Source of the DNA: Candidatus Bathyarchaeota archaeon | Lineage (GTDB): Archaea; Thermoproteota; Bathyarchaeia; Bathyarchaeales; Bathycorpusculaceae | Length of the DNA stretch: 64,000 nucleotides | Reading direction: 5' to 3' | NCBI GenBank assembly: GCA_963832745.1 | Contig: CAWHVC010000005.1 | Location: 288,001 to 352,000 of the forward strand | In this document: positions 50,302 through 60,522 of the stretch, piece by piece | Position numbering within the stretch: position 1 is the stretch's first letter | How the letters are laid out: every line of letters starts with the position of its first letter | Program-made: the position numbers and the translations under genes | The notes under the pieces: generated by a model | Seen by the model: only the letters and a program-made list of their open reading frames with translations | Database searches by the model: none | Told to the model about the DNA's origin: nothing

Positions 50302-51173
50302 CTGCTTTCCTCGGTGGCGGGCAAGCGTTTAACAAGTTCGTTAACGGCGGTGTTTAGTCGTGTACAGATTTCTTTTCGCACTTCAACTGACGTGTCAACT
50401 TCAAGCTTCTCCAACTCCTTGCGCAAACCATCAGATTTGGCTGAAAGCTCTTGTTTCTTGGCGACGTAGCTGTCATGCAGTTTATCCTGTTCTAACGTGA
50501 AGTTTTGCAGGGTTACTTCCATCTGGTTCTTAGCAGCAGTCAATTCCTGCTGAGTTTGCTCAAGCTTTTTCGCCGCAGCTTTTTTGGCGCCGTACTGGAA
50601 AAACCCAAATTTAAGGTTCTGTTGCTGGGAAACGTCGTCTTCAAGGGTCTTGATTCTGACAGTTAAACGTGTTACGTCAGCGTTACGTTTGTTGCTTAAA
50701 CCACGGTTTTTCTCAGCGTAATCTGCGTCTGCATCCCCCAGTTCATGGTTAACGTCATGGAGGGTTTTTTCGGTATCTGAGATGGTGGTTTCTTGCATGC
50801 GCCGTTCAGCCAAAGCGGATTGAATATCCAGAAACGCTTGTTCTCGTTCTTTGGTGAAGGTTTCGTCGGCTTTCACGTTTGGGTTAACTTCAAATTCAGA
50901 TACAACTTGGCGCAGATTAACCAGCCAATCATCATAATATTGACTAAAAGGTGACAACGCGAAGGTTTGGTTTCCGAGACGTTCGATGCTGGCAACGGTT
51001 TTTTCTGCAATCTCTTTCAACGTGGGCTCCGCAGTTTCTTCTTTTAGGTATTTGGCGCCAGTTTTAGGCTTTTTTGTTCTGGACTTCTTTTGGTTTGAGC
51101 TTTTCTGGAATTTGGCGCCTGAATTACCGCGGGGGCCTGATGAACTGGAACTCATAACAAACCTTTGAGGCAC
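50298..51173 (-). CDS. Hypothetical coiled-coil protein
   Basis: 291 aa, basic disordered N-terminus, long heptad region. Confidence 0.7.
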   Translation of the reverse strand: MPQRFVMSSSSSGPRGNSGAKFQKSSNQKKSRTKKPKTGAKYLKEETAEPTLKEIAEKTVASIERLGNQTFALSPFSQYYDDWLVNLRQVVSEFEVNPNVKADETFTKEREQAFLDIQSALAERRMQETTISDTEKTLHDVNHELGDADADYAEKNRGLSNKRNADVTRLTVRIKTLEDDVSQQQNLKFGFFQYGAKKAAAKKLEQTQQELTAAKNQMEVTLQNFTLEQDKLHDSYVAKKQELSAKSDGLRKELEKLEVDTSVEVRKEICTRLNTAVNELVKRLPATEESS

Positions 51174-51240
51174 AAGAAATATTTAAACAATCACACAAAC
51201 CCACTCAAAACAATCCGGTAAACGTCAAATTGTTAAATAA

Positions 51241-51350
51241 CCAACCTATTTGGAGCCTATTAGGATCCTAATAGTGGTTCTATGCAAAAACCTAAGGGGG
51301 GTAGGTGCTAATGACAGAAAAACCGCTTCATTAATACATTGAAAAACAGT
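51241..51350 (+). repeat. Dispersed intergenic repeat, copy E (left arm + single core + right arm)
   Basis: Perfect palindrome CTATTAGGATCCTAATAG at 51257-51274; ATGCAAAAACCTAAGGGGGGTAGG; CATTAATACATTGAAAAACAGT. Confidence 0.85.
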
Positions 51351-51391
51351 TGAATGGGTAAGGAAAAACCTAAACCCAAAAAAAGCGCTGG

Positions 51392-52603
51392 CTACTTAAG
51401 GATTTTTAGTCCTTGAAGGACATTTTTGAATTCATCATCATTTAGCGATGCACGTCTGCCATTAGCGTAGATGTCTTTAACTTTGTCTACGACGGTTGCA
51501 ACGGTTTGGTCGTCGGGTTCGGTGCCTACGATTTCAGCGATTTTGTGTTTGATTATGCCTTTGCCGGATTGTTTGCCGATGGTTAAGCGGCGTTGGTTGC
51601 CAACGAGTTCTGGCGGGTAAGGCTCATAAGTCCAAGGGTCGTTAAGAACACCGTGGGTGTGGATGCCGGATTCGTGAGCAAAACCGTAATCGCCAACGAT
51701 TGCCTTGTTAGGCGGCACATGGAAGCCAGTTGCGTGACCGATGAAGTTTGCGACTTCTTTGAGTTTGCCGGTTTTCCCTTCAAACTTGCATACGCCATGA
51801 TGAAGGTAAAGGTTCAGCAAGACTTTTTCGGTTTCAGCGTTACCTGCACGTTCACCTATGCCAAGATAAGTGGTACTTGCGTAAACTTTGTCCCATACAC
51901 CTTGCGAAGCTTTGATTGCAGCCATAGTGTTTTCTACAGCGTTACCAAAGTCGTCATGGGCGTGGATTTCGATAGCTTGAATTTTTGTTTCTTTTTTAAT
52001 TGCAACAACTTTTGCCGGAATACCGCTGGGCAATGGCGCTTCTACATCTGAGAGACCGATGCCGACTGTGTCACATACACGGTAGCATTCTGCACCAGCA
52101 TCAGCGACGCCATTGATTAATTCGCGTTCAAAATCCCAGTCTGCACGGGTGCTGTCTTCTCCGTGAACAAACGTGCGTAAGCCGTAGGTTTTGGCAGCGT
52201 ATTCGGTTACGTCGATTAGGTTAGCTAGGATTTGTTCCCGGGTTTTTTCTGGCCATTTGGCTTTGAAATGAATATCCGAGACTGGGTGAGAGATGCCTAC
52301 TTCTTTGAAGCCAAGTTTTACTGCGCTGTCGATGTCTTCTTTTACTGCGCGGCACCAGCCTGCAACCCTCATGTCTAGGTTCATGTCAAGAATGAGTTTT
52401 GCTGCTTGTTTGTCTGGTTCTTGGTAATGGAACACTTCTATTCTTTCTACGCCTACTTCGCTTAGTAGTTGGGCTATGTGTGCTGCATCTTTTGGTCCAA
52501 CGGCTAAGCCGGGCATTTGGATACCGTCTCTTAGTGTGCTGTCATCAATTATTGGTTCAGTTTTTAGTTTGGGTAGTTTAAAATAAAATTGATTTAGTTC
52601 CAT
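51392..52603 (-). CDS. Isopropylmalate/homocitrate/citramalate synthase family (DRE-TIM), no regulatory domain
   Basis: DSTLRDGIQ, EDSTRA, DTVG, HAHDDFG, GIGERAGNA, FAHESGIH, YEPYPPE.VG. Confidence 0.88.
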   Translation of the reverse strand: MELNQFYFKLPKLKTEPIIDDSTLRDGIQMPGLAVGPKDAAHIAQLLSEVGVERIEVFHYQEPDKQAAKLILDMNLDMRVAGWCRAVKEDIDSAVKLGFKEVGISHPVSDIHFKAKWPEKTREQILANLIDVTEYAAKTYGLRTFVHGEDSTRADWDFERELINGVADAGAECYRVCDTVGIGLSDVEAPLPSGIPAKVVAIKKETKIQAIEIHAHDDFGNAVENTMAAIKASQGVWDKVYASTTYLGIGERAGNAETEKVLLNLYLHHGVCKFEGKTGKLKEVANFIGHATGFHVPPNKAIVGDYGFAHESGIHTHGVLNDPWTYEPYPPELVGNQRRLTIGKQSGKGIIKHKIAEIVGTEPDDQTVATVVDKVKDIYANGRRASLNDDEFKNVLQGLKILK

Positions 52604-52815
52604 TTTTGCGTCTCTCTGTCTTGTTTTTATGCTTCTCCCCAAGCATAATGTAACGCTAATTAACGCTTCTGTGTCATTGATAAATATTTCTGCATAGTTT
52701 TTGCAATAATGTTCAAAGACTTACGTTACTTAATTTTCGTTTGTATTGTCACATAACAAGTAAAACCTTTACACATAACTAAGAAAAATGTGCATAAACG
52801 GGCAGCCAAACATCA

Positions 52816-53127
52816 TTAAAGCTTTTCAAACAACGCCTTAATAGTACCCGAAACCGCCAAAACATGAACAGCAGCATCCACACCCGCAACACTCGTGACG
52901 CAAGCCAAAGACGCACGAACAGCATCCAACGTTTCAAGCGACGTACGAACCACGGCAACCTTACGTTCAACATCATAACTAATCAAAGCCATACTCGTCA
53001 AACTCGCACCGACTTCACCGTAAAGCCGCGCAACAGAACCCCAAATCGCATCCATCAACTCTTTCTCGCCAGGAACACCCTCAAGCTCCAACTGCAAAGC
53101 CAAATAACGACGCTTCACACGCTTCAC
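52816..53127 (-). CDS. rnp2: Ribonuclease P protein component 2 (Pop5/Rpp14)
   Basis: KRRYLA...LYGEVG...VSGTIKAL. Confidence 0.88.
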   Translation of the reverse strand: MKRVKRRYLALQLELEGVPGEKELMDAIWGSVARLYGEVGASLTSMALISYDVERKVAVVRTSLETLDAVRASLACVTSVAGVDAAVHVLAVSGTIKALFEKL

Positions 53128-53858
53128 GGGTCATTACCCTCCTTAACAATACGGATGCCTGGCGCAACAAAATTGCCGCCGAGTTTCTCACGGTTACGCA
53201 AAACAATCGCCAACGGATTAGAAGAAACAGCATCTAAAGCTTCAACCTCACCTAACCCAAACAGGTACGATAAACTTGCCATGTCACGAGGCATACGCAT
53301 AAAACGCTCTTCACTTACACCGCTGGAAACAATCAAAGGCACACCAAAAAGTTTAGCGATTGCAACTTCACGGCGCAGAGTGGAAAGGAAACGGATACGT
53401 GCAGGACCTTCTAAAACAAGCAAGGGTTTAACGTCAATTTCCAAAGCTGCAAGACTGCTGCTGGCAAGTTCAGCTTCGGGACGGTCAAAAAACCGTTTTC
53501 GGTAATCAAGATGAGGGAAATTTAGCAAATCCACACGGCGATCCTTGGCGGCTTGACGAGAAATTTCTTTGGTATCGCAAATTACGCAGAGAACATCAAA
53601 TTTCCGTCTTAACCTACGAAGGTTGCTCATGAGGTCGTTTTCGTTTCTAGGTCGCAAATCTGCCCGCAAAACCAGTTTTATACCGACAGCTTTGCAGGTG
53701 GTTTTTAGGTTTTCAATTTCTTCCCCGGATGGTTCAAAAGTGAAAGGCACAGAAATATAGCGGTAACCAAATTTTGCTGCCCGGTTGATTGTGTGTTGGA
53801 GGGTTTGGGTTTCTTTTGGGTTAACTTTTAGGTGCAGGTCAGCAAAGGCGCGTTTCAT
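53124..53858 (-). CDS. rnp3: Ribonuclease P protein component 3 (Rpp30)
   Basis: ADLH, RQAAKDRRVDLL, PLIVSSG...RMPRD, PGIRIV. Confidence 0.88.
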   Translation of the reverse strand: MKRAFADLHLKVNPKETQTLQHTINRAAKFGYRYISVPFTFEPSGEEIENLKTTCKAVGIKLVLRADLRPRNENDLMSNLRRLRRKFDVLCVICDTKEISRQAAKDRRVDLLNFPHLDYRKRFFDRPEAELASSSLAALEIDVKPLLVLEGPARIRFLSTLRREVAIAKLFGVPLIVSSGVSEERFMRMPRDMASLSYLFGLGEVEALDAVSSNPLAIVLRNREKLGGNFVAPGIRIVKEGNDP

Positions 53859-54301
53859 GGTAGCAACCCGGATTGTTTGAGAATCTCCATTATTTCTTCG
53901 GGTGTCTTGTTTTTGAAGTGAATTTTAACGTGGATTGGGTCATTTTGCGCGTATTTAAATTTACCAAGAAAAGCGGATTGTTTGTCAAAACGTAGGTAAA
54001 GGTTGTGTTTTTCTAGGTGAAGCTTGATTTCGTCATTCAACTCTTCTTTATCTAAGGCGCTTATGTTTTGACCTATCTTTTCAAGTAAAAGTGGAAGAAG
54101 TTTCTTGTCAGTTAATTGAGAGGTAAAAAGGGTGATGGGGTTTCCATGATGCCCTGTTAAACTGCTTTTTTCAAATTGGGCAGTTTCCGTTAAATCAGTT
54201 GGCAGTAGATTACGCAATGCAGTTAAGACTTTCTCTGGGTCTTCTGTTGCGTGAGCAAAGACTCTTAAATCAACATAGCCAATTGGCGGTTTTTGGGACA
54301 T
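53855..54301 (-). CDS. Predicted exosome-associated RNA-binding protein (COG1325/DUF54)
   Basis: FAHATEDPEKV, GHHGNPI, LYLRFDKQ. Confidence 0.85.
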   Translation of the reverse strand: MSQKPPIGYVDLRVFAHATEDPEKVLTALRNLLPTDLTETAQFEKSSLTGHHGNPITLFTSQLTDKKLLPLLLEKIGQNISALDKEELNDEIKLHLEKHNLYLRFDKQSAFLGKFKYAQNDPIHVKIHFKNKTPEEIMEILKQSGLLP

Positions 54302-54351
54302 TGGACACCGATTTTCTTTTTAGACTACTAGCATTTAGCTTTTTTCTAAGC

Positions 54352-54561
54352 TTATGCTTCAGGCTTCTTGGCAGCTGCATGTGCTTTTAAGGATTCAATG
54401 TTGCTTTCGTGCACGCTTTTGCGTCGGAAATCAACTGGTAAACCCAGCTGTTTAGCTTGAAACGGGCTTACGCCTGCTTTTGCTAATTCATCTCGACTGA
54501 AGCCTTTTCCACACTTGGTTTTGCCGTTGGGCCTTTGAATGGTTGGTTTTATGTGGTGCAT
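54352..54561 (-). CDS. rpl13e: 50S ribosomal protein L13e
   Basis: GKGFSRDEL..AG...LGLPVDFRRKS.HESNIESLK. Confidence 0.9.
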   Translation of the reverse strand: MHHIKPTIQRPNGKTKCGKGFSRDELAKAGVSPFQAKQLGLPVDFRRKSVHESNIESLKAHAAAKKPEA

Positions 54562-54564
54562 AAT

Positions 54565-55152
54565 TTATTGATCTCCGTGTTTTCTTGCGCCTTTACGGAG
54601 GCTTGGTCTGACTTTTTCTGCTCCGCGTCCACGATGGCGCAGGCCTCTAACGTGTTTGCCTGCACTTGTCATGCTTCTAAAGACGCGGCTTGTATGTTGA
54701 CGTTCAGCAATCCAGTTAATGTCTTTGTCTGATAGTATAACTGGACTGTTAGGATCAACTAGAATTACTTCAAACCATTTGCTTCTTCCGTCTTCACCAA
54801 CCCAGTAACTGTTAAGGACTTCTAGGTTAGGGAACTTCTTTGCTGTACGTTCTTCAGCGATTAATCGGATGCTTTTTGCTGGCTTAAATTTGGCGACACC
54901 CATACGTTTTGGTCGTCTTCCAGCTTTTGGTCTGATTTTGCGTAGTCCACCACGTCTTACGCGTGTACGGACAACTACGAAGCCTTGTTTTGCTTTGTAG
55001 CCAAGTTTGCGTGCTTTGTCAAGTCTTGTTGGATGTTCGACTCGTGTTACGGTTGGTTGTTTTCTCCACTGTACTAAGCGTTGACGCATTAGTTCTTCAA
55101 CAAAGGAGTCTTCGGGCTTTGCCCATTCTTCTGCTATGTATTTATAGGCCAT
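54565..55152 (-). CDS. rpl15e: 50S ribosomal protein L15e
   Basis: [40 protein letters not shown]. Confidence 0.97.
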   Translation of the reverse strand: MAYKYIAEEWAKPEDSFVEELMRQRLVQWRKQPTVTRVEHPTRLDKARKLGYKAKQGFVVVRTRVRRGGLRKIRPKAGRRPKRMGVAKFKPAKSIRLIAEERTAKKFPNLEVLNSYWVGEDGRSKWFEVILVDPNSPVILSDKDINWIAERQHTSRVFRSMTSAGKHVRGLRHRGRGAEKVRPSLRKGARKHGDQ

Positions 55153-55188
55153 TTTTGTTTTTTCACCTAAATTGTTTCATTTGTTTAC

Positions 55189-55260
55189 GGTTCAGCCTTT
55201 CGGCCACATCCCTGCGGACGTGTTTGTCCGCCTGCAATTTCACATCAGAGTGGCATTGCA
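55189..55260 (-). ncRNA. Structured 5' leader of rpl15e (candidate ribosomal-protein leader with K-turn/C-D-like motif)
   Basis: Three consecutive hairpins on the minus strand: TGCAAT..ATTGCA, GCGGAC..GTCCGC, GGGATGTGGCC-GAAA-GGCTGAACC. Confidence 0.6.
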
Positions 55261-55487
55261 TGAAATAAACCTTTCCAGAAACATTAACAATCTTGACACG
55301 TTAAGACCTAAACAAAGAAGCAATAACAAGACAATAATAGTGAATCTTAAATTTTTTTGTGACTTCAACTTTTTGTTGTTGACAAAAACAGCGCATACAT
55401 GCAGAATATGATAAACTTGCTGAAATTTAAGTAATAAAATAATTAATGGGGAAAAATTGGTTGTAAAAATAAAAGTTGAGGCGTTAT

Positions 55488-55808
55488 TTACCCGAACAGG
55501 GCGCCTAATCCTTCTAATGCTGCTTCTTCTTTGGCTTTTTCTTCTTCTGCTTTCTTCTTCTTGTCTTCTACTGGAGCTGCTGCTTTAGCTTCGCCGCCTG
55601 CTGGAGCTGCTACTGGAGCTGCTGCCATCATGGTTGGTGCTGCTTTGATTGCTTCTTCAATGTTTACTTCACTGAGTGATGCTACGAGTGCTTTAACTTG
55701 AACTGCGTCAACTGTTATGCCTGCTGCTTCAAGAACCTTTGTAACTGATTCTTCGTTGATTTCTTTACCTGCCTTGTGAAGGAGCATTGCTGCGTAAATG
55801 TTTTCCAT
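55488..55808 (-). CDS. rpl12: 50S ribosomal protein L12 (P1 stalk protein)
   Basis: [11 protein letters not shown]...Ala-rich hinge...EGLGALFG. Confidence 0.96.
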   Translation of the reverse strand: MENIYAAMLLHKAGKEINEESVTKVLEAAGITVDAVQVKALVASLSEVNIEEAIKAAPTMMAAAPVAAPAGGEAKAAAPVEDKKKKAEEEKAKEEAALEGLGALFG

Positions 55809-56085
55809 ACCTTTTCACCTCTTCATTCAACTATTTTAACCTTTTCAGTTGGTCTGACCGACTTCACGCTGGAAGTTAGCCGTTACCATGAATTGCAGTT
55901 GACCTGCATTATCTTGCCGTTTAGATGAATACCCTATGCCTTAAGAACTTTTCGTAGCACAATTGTTGCTGGTTAACCTAAAACGCATGCGTAAGCAAGC
56001 CAGATAATTGACGGTAAATTAGCGCTCATCAGACAAAATTCTTGAAGTTTAAACAAAAAATTGCTATTTCTTGGCGGATTAAAAA

Positions 56086-57201
56086 TTATAAGGGGGCATT
56101 GGAAGGCTCGGCTTGGAGGGGGCTGGGCTCTTTTTGTTTCTTATGCATAAGAGTGCCAACGACTGCAACGGGTATCCAACCTGTTATTATGCACACTGTT
56201 GCGGGGAAACCTTGTAAACCTGTGATTGCGAATATGTCAATCAAGAATACTTCCCAGATTCCGAAAGCTAAAACCATTGCAATGATGGATGCATAAGCGT
56301 ATTTTTTGCCGAATTGGTTGAACGTTTGAATTGCTAAAATGCCTGCAAAGAAGAAGTCGCCAAGGCCAAGTCCTCTGAAAGCGATAACGCCTTCTGCAGA
56401 TAAATGCAGTGGAACGTTTGGCAGATAAATTAGCACTGGAAGTCCTAAACCTGTGAATGTTTGAGCTGCTGCAACCATTGGTCCGCTGAATACAAGTATT
56501 ATATCCAGCACTGTAAGTAAGCCTGCAAAGATTGCTACTGTTTTCCAGTTAAACATTGGACTAAGATATAGTATGATTAAGATTGCAAAGGTTGCACCGA
56601 AAATATCCAGTAGAATGGGGAACCAAATGTTTAGTGTACCCTCGAAGTGAATTAGGTTGAAGAATATGAATAATAACAGAAACAGGGCGGGGGGCTGAAT
56701 AGAAATGTACCATTTTGCTTTTTTATCGTCAGGTTTTCTTAGTTGATAACCTGCTATTGCAAAACACAGGATTGCTAAACCAAAAAAGGCACCTACCCTA
56801 AAAACGGTGGCTTGATCTAAAAGCGGACCTAAAAGGCTAGCTACACCGAACGATAAGCTTGCTACCCCAAATATTACCGAAAAGAGGAGTGCACGGGATT
56901 TTTTAATGTCTGAGAACAGGTAAGTAAAAGTGAATAATAGCATGCTGTAGGAGCCTAAGAATATTGCTAAAAGCACGTTTTCGAACATGTCTCCTGGATT
57001 AATGAACGAAGCTAATGCAATAACTGAAATAACAATAGCCATTGTTACAACAAGCATTAAGATGTCTTTAGTTTGGAATTCTTTTTCTTCAACTGAAGAT
57101 TTAAGCCGGGGTTCGGCGCGTTTGTTAAGAAGAACTGCTGCTGTAACCACAAGCAGTAAAGCCAATGGCATAGCAATGTCAAGAGTCGGCATAGACTCCA
57201 A
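56086..57201 (-). CDS. Second presenilin/SPP-like A22 intramembrane protease
   Basis: Multi-TM; LTVLDIILV, GLGLGDFF, FPAT. Confidence 0.72.
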   Translation of the reverse strand: MESMPTLDIAMPLALLLVVTAAVLLNKRAEPRLKSSVEEKEFQTKDILMLVVTMAIVISVIALASFINPGDMFENVLLAIFLGSYSMLLFTFTYLFSDIKKSRALLFSVIFGVASLSFGVASLLGPLLDQATVFRVGAFFGLAILCFAIAGYQLRKPDDKKAKWYISIQPPALFLLLFIFFNLIHFEGTLNIWFPILLDIFGATFAILIILYLSPMFNWKTVAIFAGLLTVLDIILVFSGPMVAAAQTFTGLGLPVLIYLPNVPLHLSAEGVIAFRGLGLGDFFFAGILAIQTFNQFGKKYAYASIIAMVLAFGIWEVFLIDIFAITGLQGFPATVCIITGWIPVAVVGTLMHKKQKEPSPLQAEPSNAPL

Positions 57202-57280
57202 ATTAATAGAATGAAGAATTTATTTGTTTACCCAAAACCGTGAAAAAACACCGAGACAAAAAAGAGTAAAAACAGAGAGG

Positions 57281-58135
57281 TTACAGGTTGAAGTACACGT
57301 TAAAGATTGCTAAAGAAGCCAAAAGTGCTTCTTCTGTGCGTACCGTCGCTGTTCCCTGTTGAGGAATGGTGTTAACTATAAAATCTGAGAGGTTTTCAAT
57401 TCGCAAGCCTTCATCTCTGACGATTTCATGTAATCCACGTGATGGGGCACCAAACGCAATCAACACACGCTCGGCATCATTCCAGCGTTGGGCAATTTTG
57501 TCGGCAACGTCAATAAAACGGTCTGCAATGCGGGCAGTCGAAATAACCAAATCAAACTTTTCAGCCTGCAACATATGCCCAAACGATTCATCTTCAACCT
57601 TTACATTAAAACCCCAGTAAGACGGAACATCGTCACGGTTGACGGCTTGAACCTCAACACGGTCGCCGCCCCTTATTACCTGAACAGTTAAACGTTCACC
57701 AACAGAAAACTGCCTTTCACGCAACAACGCAGTACTTTGAACACCAATATCCACTATTAATCCTTCTCTAGACTGATTTAGAATTATTCCCTCACGGTAT
57801 TCGCCGACTTTTAGGTCACGATTTTTGCCGCTGGTTGGATGATGAGGCGTGCGCAGTGGAGGCAGAATTCCGGCGTACTGCAGGTCTGGCTCTATCTTGA
57901 AAAGACTTTTTCTTAGGTACTGGGGGGTTTCAATGTAGTTTAGCAGTTTTGCGATGAAGTTAAGATCGCGTGTTTGATTTACATGCGTGTCGTCGGGGTA
58001 AACTATTATTTCGTGTACTCTGAAGATGGCGGCTGCTCTTCCGATTAACCCTATTTTAGCAGTTTTTTCTCGCAGGTGAGGGGTGTCAGAGATTACTGAT
58101 GCTGGAATAGCGATTGCAAGTTTACTTTTGTTCAA
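57281..58135 (-). CDS. SPOUT RNA methyltransferase (DUF171/C9orf114-like)
   Basis: AIPAS, RAAAIFRV, ETPQYLRK, LPPLRTPHH, NTIPQQGTATVRTEEA. Confidence 0.9.
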   Translation of the reverse strand: MNKSKLAIAIPASVISDTPHLREKTAKIGLIGRAAAIFRVHEIIVYPDDTHVNQTRDLNFIAKLLNYIETPQYLRKSLFKIEPDLQYAGILPPLRTPHHPTSGKNRDLKVGEYREGIILNQSREGLIVDIGVQSTALLRERQFSVGERLTVQVIRGGDRVEVQAVNRDDVPSYWGFNVKVEDESFGHMLQAEKFDLVISTARIADRFIDVADKIAQRWNDAERVLIAFGAPSRGLHEIVRDEGLRIENLSDFIVNTIPQQGTATVRTEEALLASLAIFNVYFNL

Positions 58136-58226
58136 ACTTTTTTCTTCCTATGTGGATTGTGTCTGCGTTCAGCTTAAAAAGGTGAGCAGAGATATAAAAA
58201 TAGGAAGTACGGTTGAGGTTTAAGCG

Positions 58227-59408
58227 ATGGATGAACGCCTTTTAGAGAACCCGGAAAAAATGAAGTTAATAGATAAAGCTGACATGCTAAATTTTTGTCT
58301 TAACATGTGCAGGCACTATCAAGAAGCAGCTGATTTAGCTGCAGGCATTATAATCAATTATCCTACACCGAGCAACATAATTGTGACGGGTATGGGTGGC
58401 TCAGCTATTGGTGGCGAATTGCTTAAAGATTGGGCAAAAGAAAGAATCCAAGTTCCAATAGAAGTTAACAGGGATTACCAGTTACCAGCTTACGCTAACG
58501 AGAAAACTTTGGTTCTTGTAACCAGCTATTCGGGGGATACAGAAGAAACCTTAAGCTCACTTCTTGATGTGCTTAAACGTAAATGTATGGTTTACTGCAT
58601 AACAAGTGGCGGCGCATTAATCGAAATCGCAGAAAAACTTAACATTCCCTACTTGCAGGTTCCAGCAGGCATGCCTCCCCGTGCAGCATTACCGTACATG
58701 CTTATGCCCCTGCTTTTTATCATGGAAAAGTTAAGGTTGACTTCTGGAGTTAACGAAGAGCTTGATGAAGCTTTGCCATTTATAGAAGAAATTGAAAGGT
58801 TAAACGCTGCTGAAACGTCTGTCGAATACAGTCCAGCAAAAACTTTAGCGGCAAACACTGAAGGGTTCGTTCCAGTCATTTACGGTTTTGGCGTCTTTAG
58901 CAGTGTTGCAAGACGGTTTAAGCAGCAAATTAATGAGAACGCTAAAATGATTGCAAAATGGGATAACCTGCCAGAGTTTGACCATAACGAAATTGTGGGT
59001 TACGAAAAAGCGGAAAACATTGCTGACGGGTTTGCAGCCATTTTCATTCGAGACAAGGATGAGCCCAGCGAGATTCGGAGCCGTATTGAAATTACAAAGA
59101 AGTTGATGGAGCCCGCTGGCATTGGCATTTATGAGGTTTGGAGTCAAGGCAAAAGTAGTCTTGCAAAAATGCTCTCGGTTATTGCAGTTGCTGACTTTTT
59201 AAGCGTCTACTTGGCGATACTGCGGGGAATTGACCCTACACCGGTTCAGACAATTAATAAGTTGAAGAGCTCATTAAAGCAGAACGGTTTTAGAGAGCAA
59301 GTCATTAAACAACTGGAAAAAATGAGGACACTAAACATGCCAATGTTCCCAAAAAAAACAAACCTTATTAAAACAATGTGTATTTCCAATAAAAATAAAA
59401 ACACTTAA
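58227..59408 (+). CDS. Bifunctional phosphoglucose/phosphomannose isomerase
   Basis: GMGGSAIGG, SYSGDTEET, PPRAA, KQQINENAK, PEFDHNE, GIDP.PV. Confidence 0.92.
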   Translation: MDERLLENPEKMKLIDKADMLNFCLNMCRHYQEAADLAAGIIINYPTPSNIIVTGMGGSAIGGELLKDWAKERIQVPIEVNRDYQLPAYANEKTLVLVTSYSGDTEETLSSLLDVLKRKCMVYCITSGGALIEIAEKLNIPYLQVPAGMPPRAALPYMLMPLLFIMEKLRLTSGVNEELDEALPFIEEIERLNAAETSVEYSPAKTLAANTEGFVPVIYGFGVFSSVARRFKQQINENAKMIAKWDNLPEFDHNEIVGYEKAENIADGFAAIFIRDKDEPSEIRSRIEITKKLMEPAGIGIYEVWSQGKSSLAKMLSVIAVADFLSVYLAILRGIDPTPVQTINKLKSSLKQNGFREQVIKQLEKMRTLNMPMFPKKTNLIKTMCISNKNKNT

Positions 59409-60419
59409 TTTCTGCTTTTCTATTTTACCTTCATTTCGGGTTTTTCTGTACATTTTATCGATTAAAACTACTGCAACCGCCAGAACAATCATTACTCCAA
59501 TGGCTAATTGGGCACTGTTAGCTCCAAAGATGCCGCTTGAAACATTCACGCTTGAATGAAGCAGAATACAGCCAAAAAGGTTGCCACCTGACCTGTTGTA
59601 GTACCAAGTAAACAGTATACCTAATGGAACATTGAACAAGAAACGTAACAGAAAACCTTCGATGCTGTCACCGTAGAAAGCAGTCATGTGCAATGGGAAA
59701 TGCCAAATTGTCCAGATAACCCCGATAACTAAGCCAGTTATCAAAGGCGTAAAACGATGCTCCATTCGGGGGGTTGCAAATCCTCGCCAGCCGGGCTCTT
59801 CATTTAAGGGTCCACCGAAAAAGAAAGTCGACGGGTAAGCAAGTAATGAAACAAGCAGCAGATTGGCAGATATTGAGAGCAGTTCTGTTCCGCCCAGACC
59901 AAAATCGATTAAGGTGCCCAAGAATTGCCAAGCAAAAGGCAAAAACACTGCAACCCAAAGCCAAACGTTTCTGGGTGACACACGTTTTAAGCCAGACATT
60001 AGTTGTGCTACGCCTTGTTTTGGGTGGTAAACGCTTGAGATTACATAGGCAGCTAGGGTTGAAGCAGCGGCAGCGGCGAAAAGGGTCAATGGTTGAAAGT
60101 TGAGGTTTTGATTAAGTAGAGCAAGTATTTGAAAAGCGAAAGTGAACGTGAAGATTACTGTGAAGGTTATCAACCGCTTTTTTGTGGAAGCGTTTGAAGG
60201 TGATGGGTTAACGATTGAAGTGACAAGAATTGCTGAAAGCGCAGGGCCAAAAGCAGCTATAAGGTCGATAAGGTTTGTTGCGGCTGTGTCGTTGCCTCCG
60301 ATGAATGGCGCAGTGAACCATACAATCCAAGAAACTAGAAAAGTGATGACAAAAAAGGCGATTGTTGGCTGTTTTATGATTTTTTGTTTAAGCCATGTTT
60401 GTGACGTAAGTACACCCAA
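59331..60419 (-). CDS. CPBP/Abi family intramembrane glutamic endopeptidase
   Basis: NEEPGWRG, IWTIWH.P, LLHSSVN. Confidence 0.88.
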   Translation of the reverse strand: MGVLTSQTWLKQKIIKQPTIAFFVITFLVSWIVWFTAPFIGGNDTAATNLIDLIAAFGPALSAILVTSIVNPSPSNASTKKRLITFTVIFTFTFAFQILALLNQNLNFQPLTLFAAAAASTLAAYVISSVYHPKQGVAQLMSGLKRVSPRNVWLWVAVFLPFAWQFLGTLIDFGLGGTELLSISANLLLVSLLAYPSTFFFGGPLNEEPGWRGFATPRMEHRFTPLITGLVIGVIWTIWHFPLHMTAFYGDSIEGFLLRFLFNVPLGILFTWYYNRSGGNLFGCILLHSSVNVSSGIFGANSAQLAIGVMIVLAVAVVLIDKMYRKTRNEGKIEKQKLSVFIFIGNTHCFNKVCFFWEHWHV

Positions 60420-60522
60420 AGTGCGGTTTAAGCGTTAAGCTAATCAAGCAAATGGCTTTTTGAATTAAAAAGGCTTCTAGAATTTGGCAAAAAATAGTTT
60501 GTTAAAAATGGAAAGGAAGGTT

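Noticed and set aside
52864-53505. 213-aa plus-strand ORF and the many other short antisense ORFs in the track
   Set aside because: They are shadows of well-supported genes on the opposite strand or in another frame, with no recognisable motifs.
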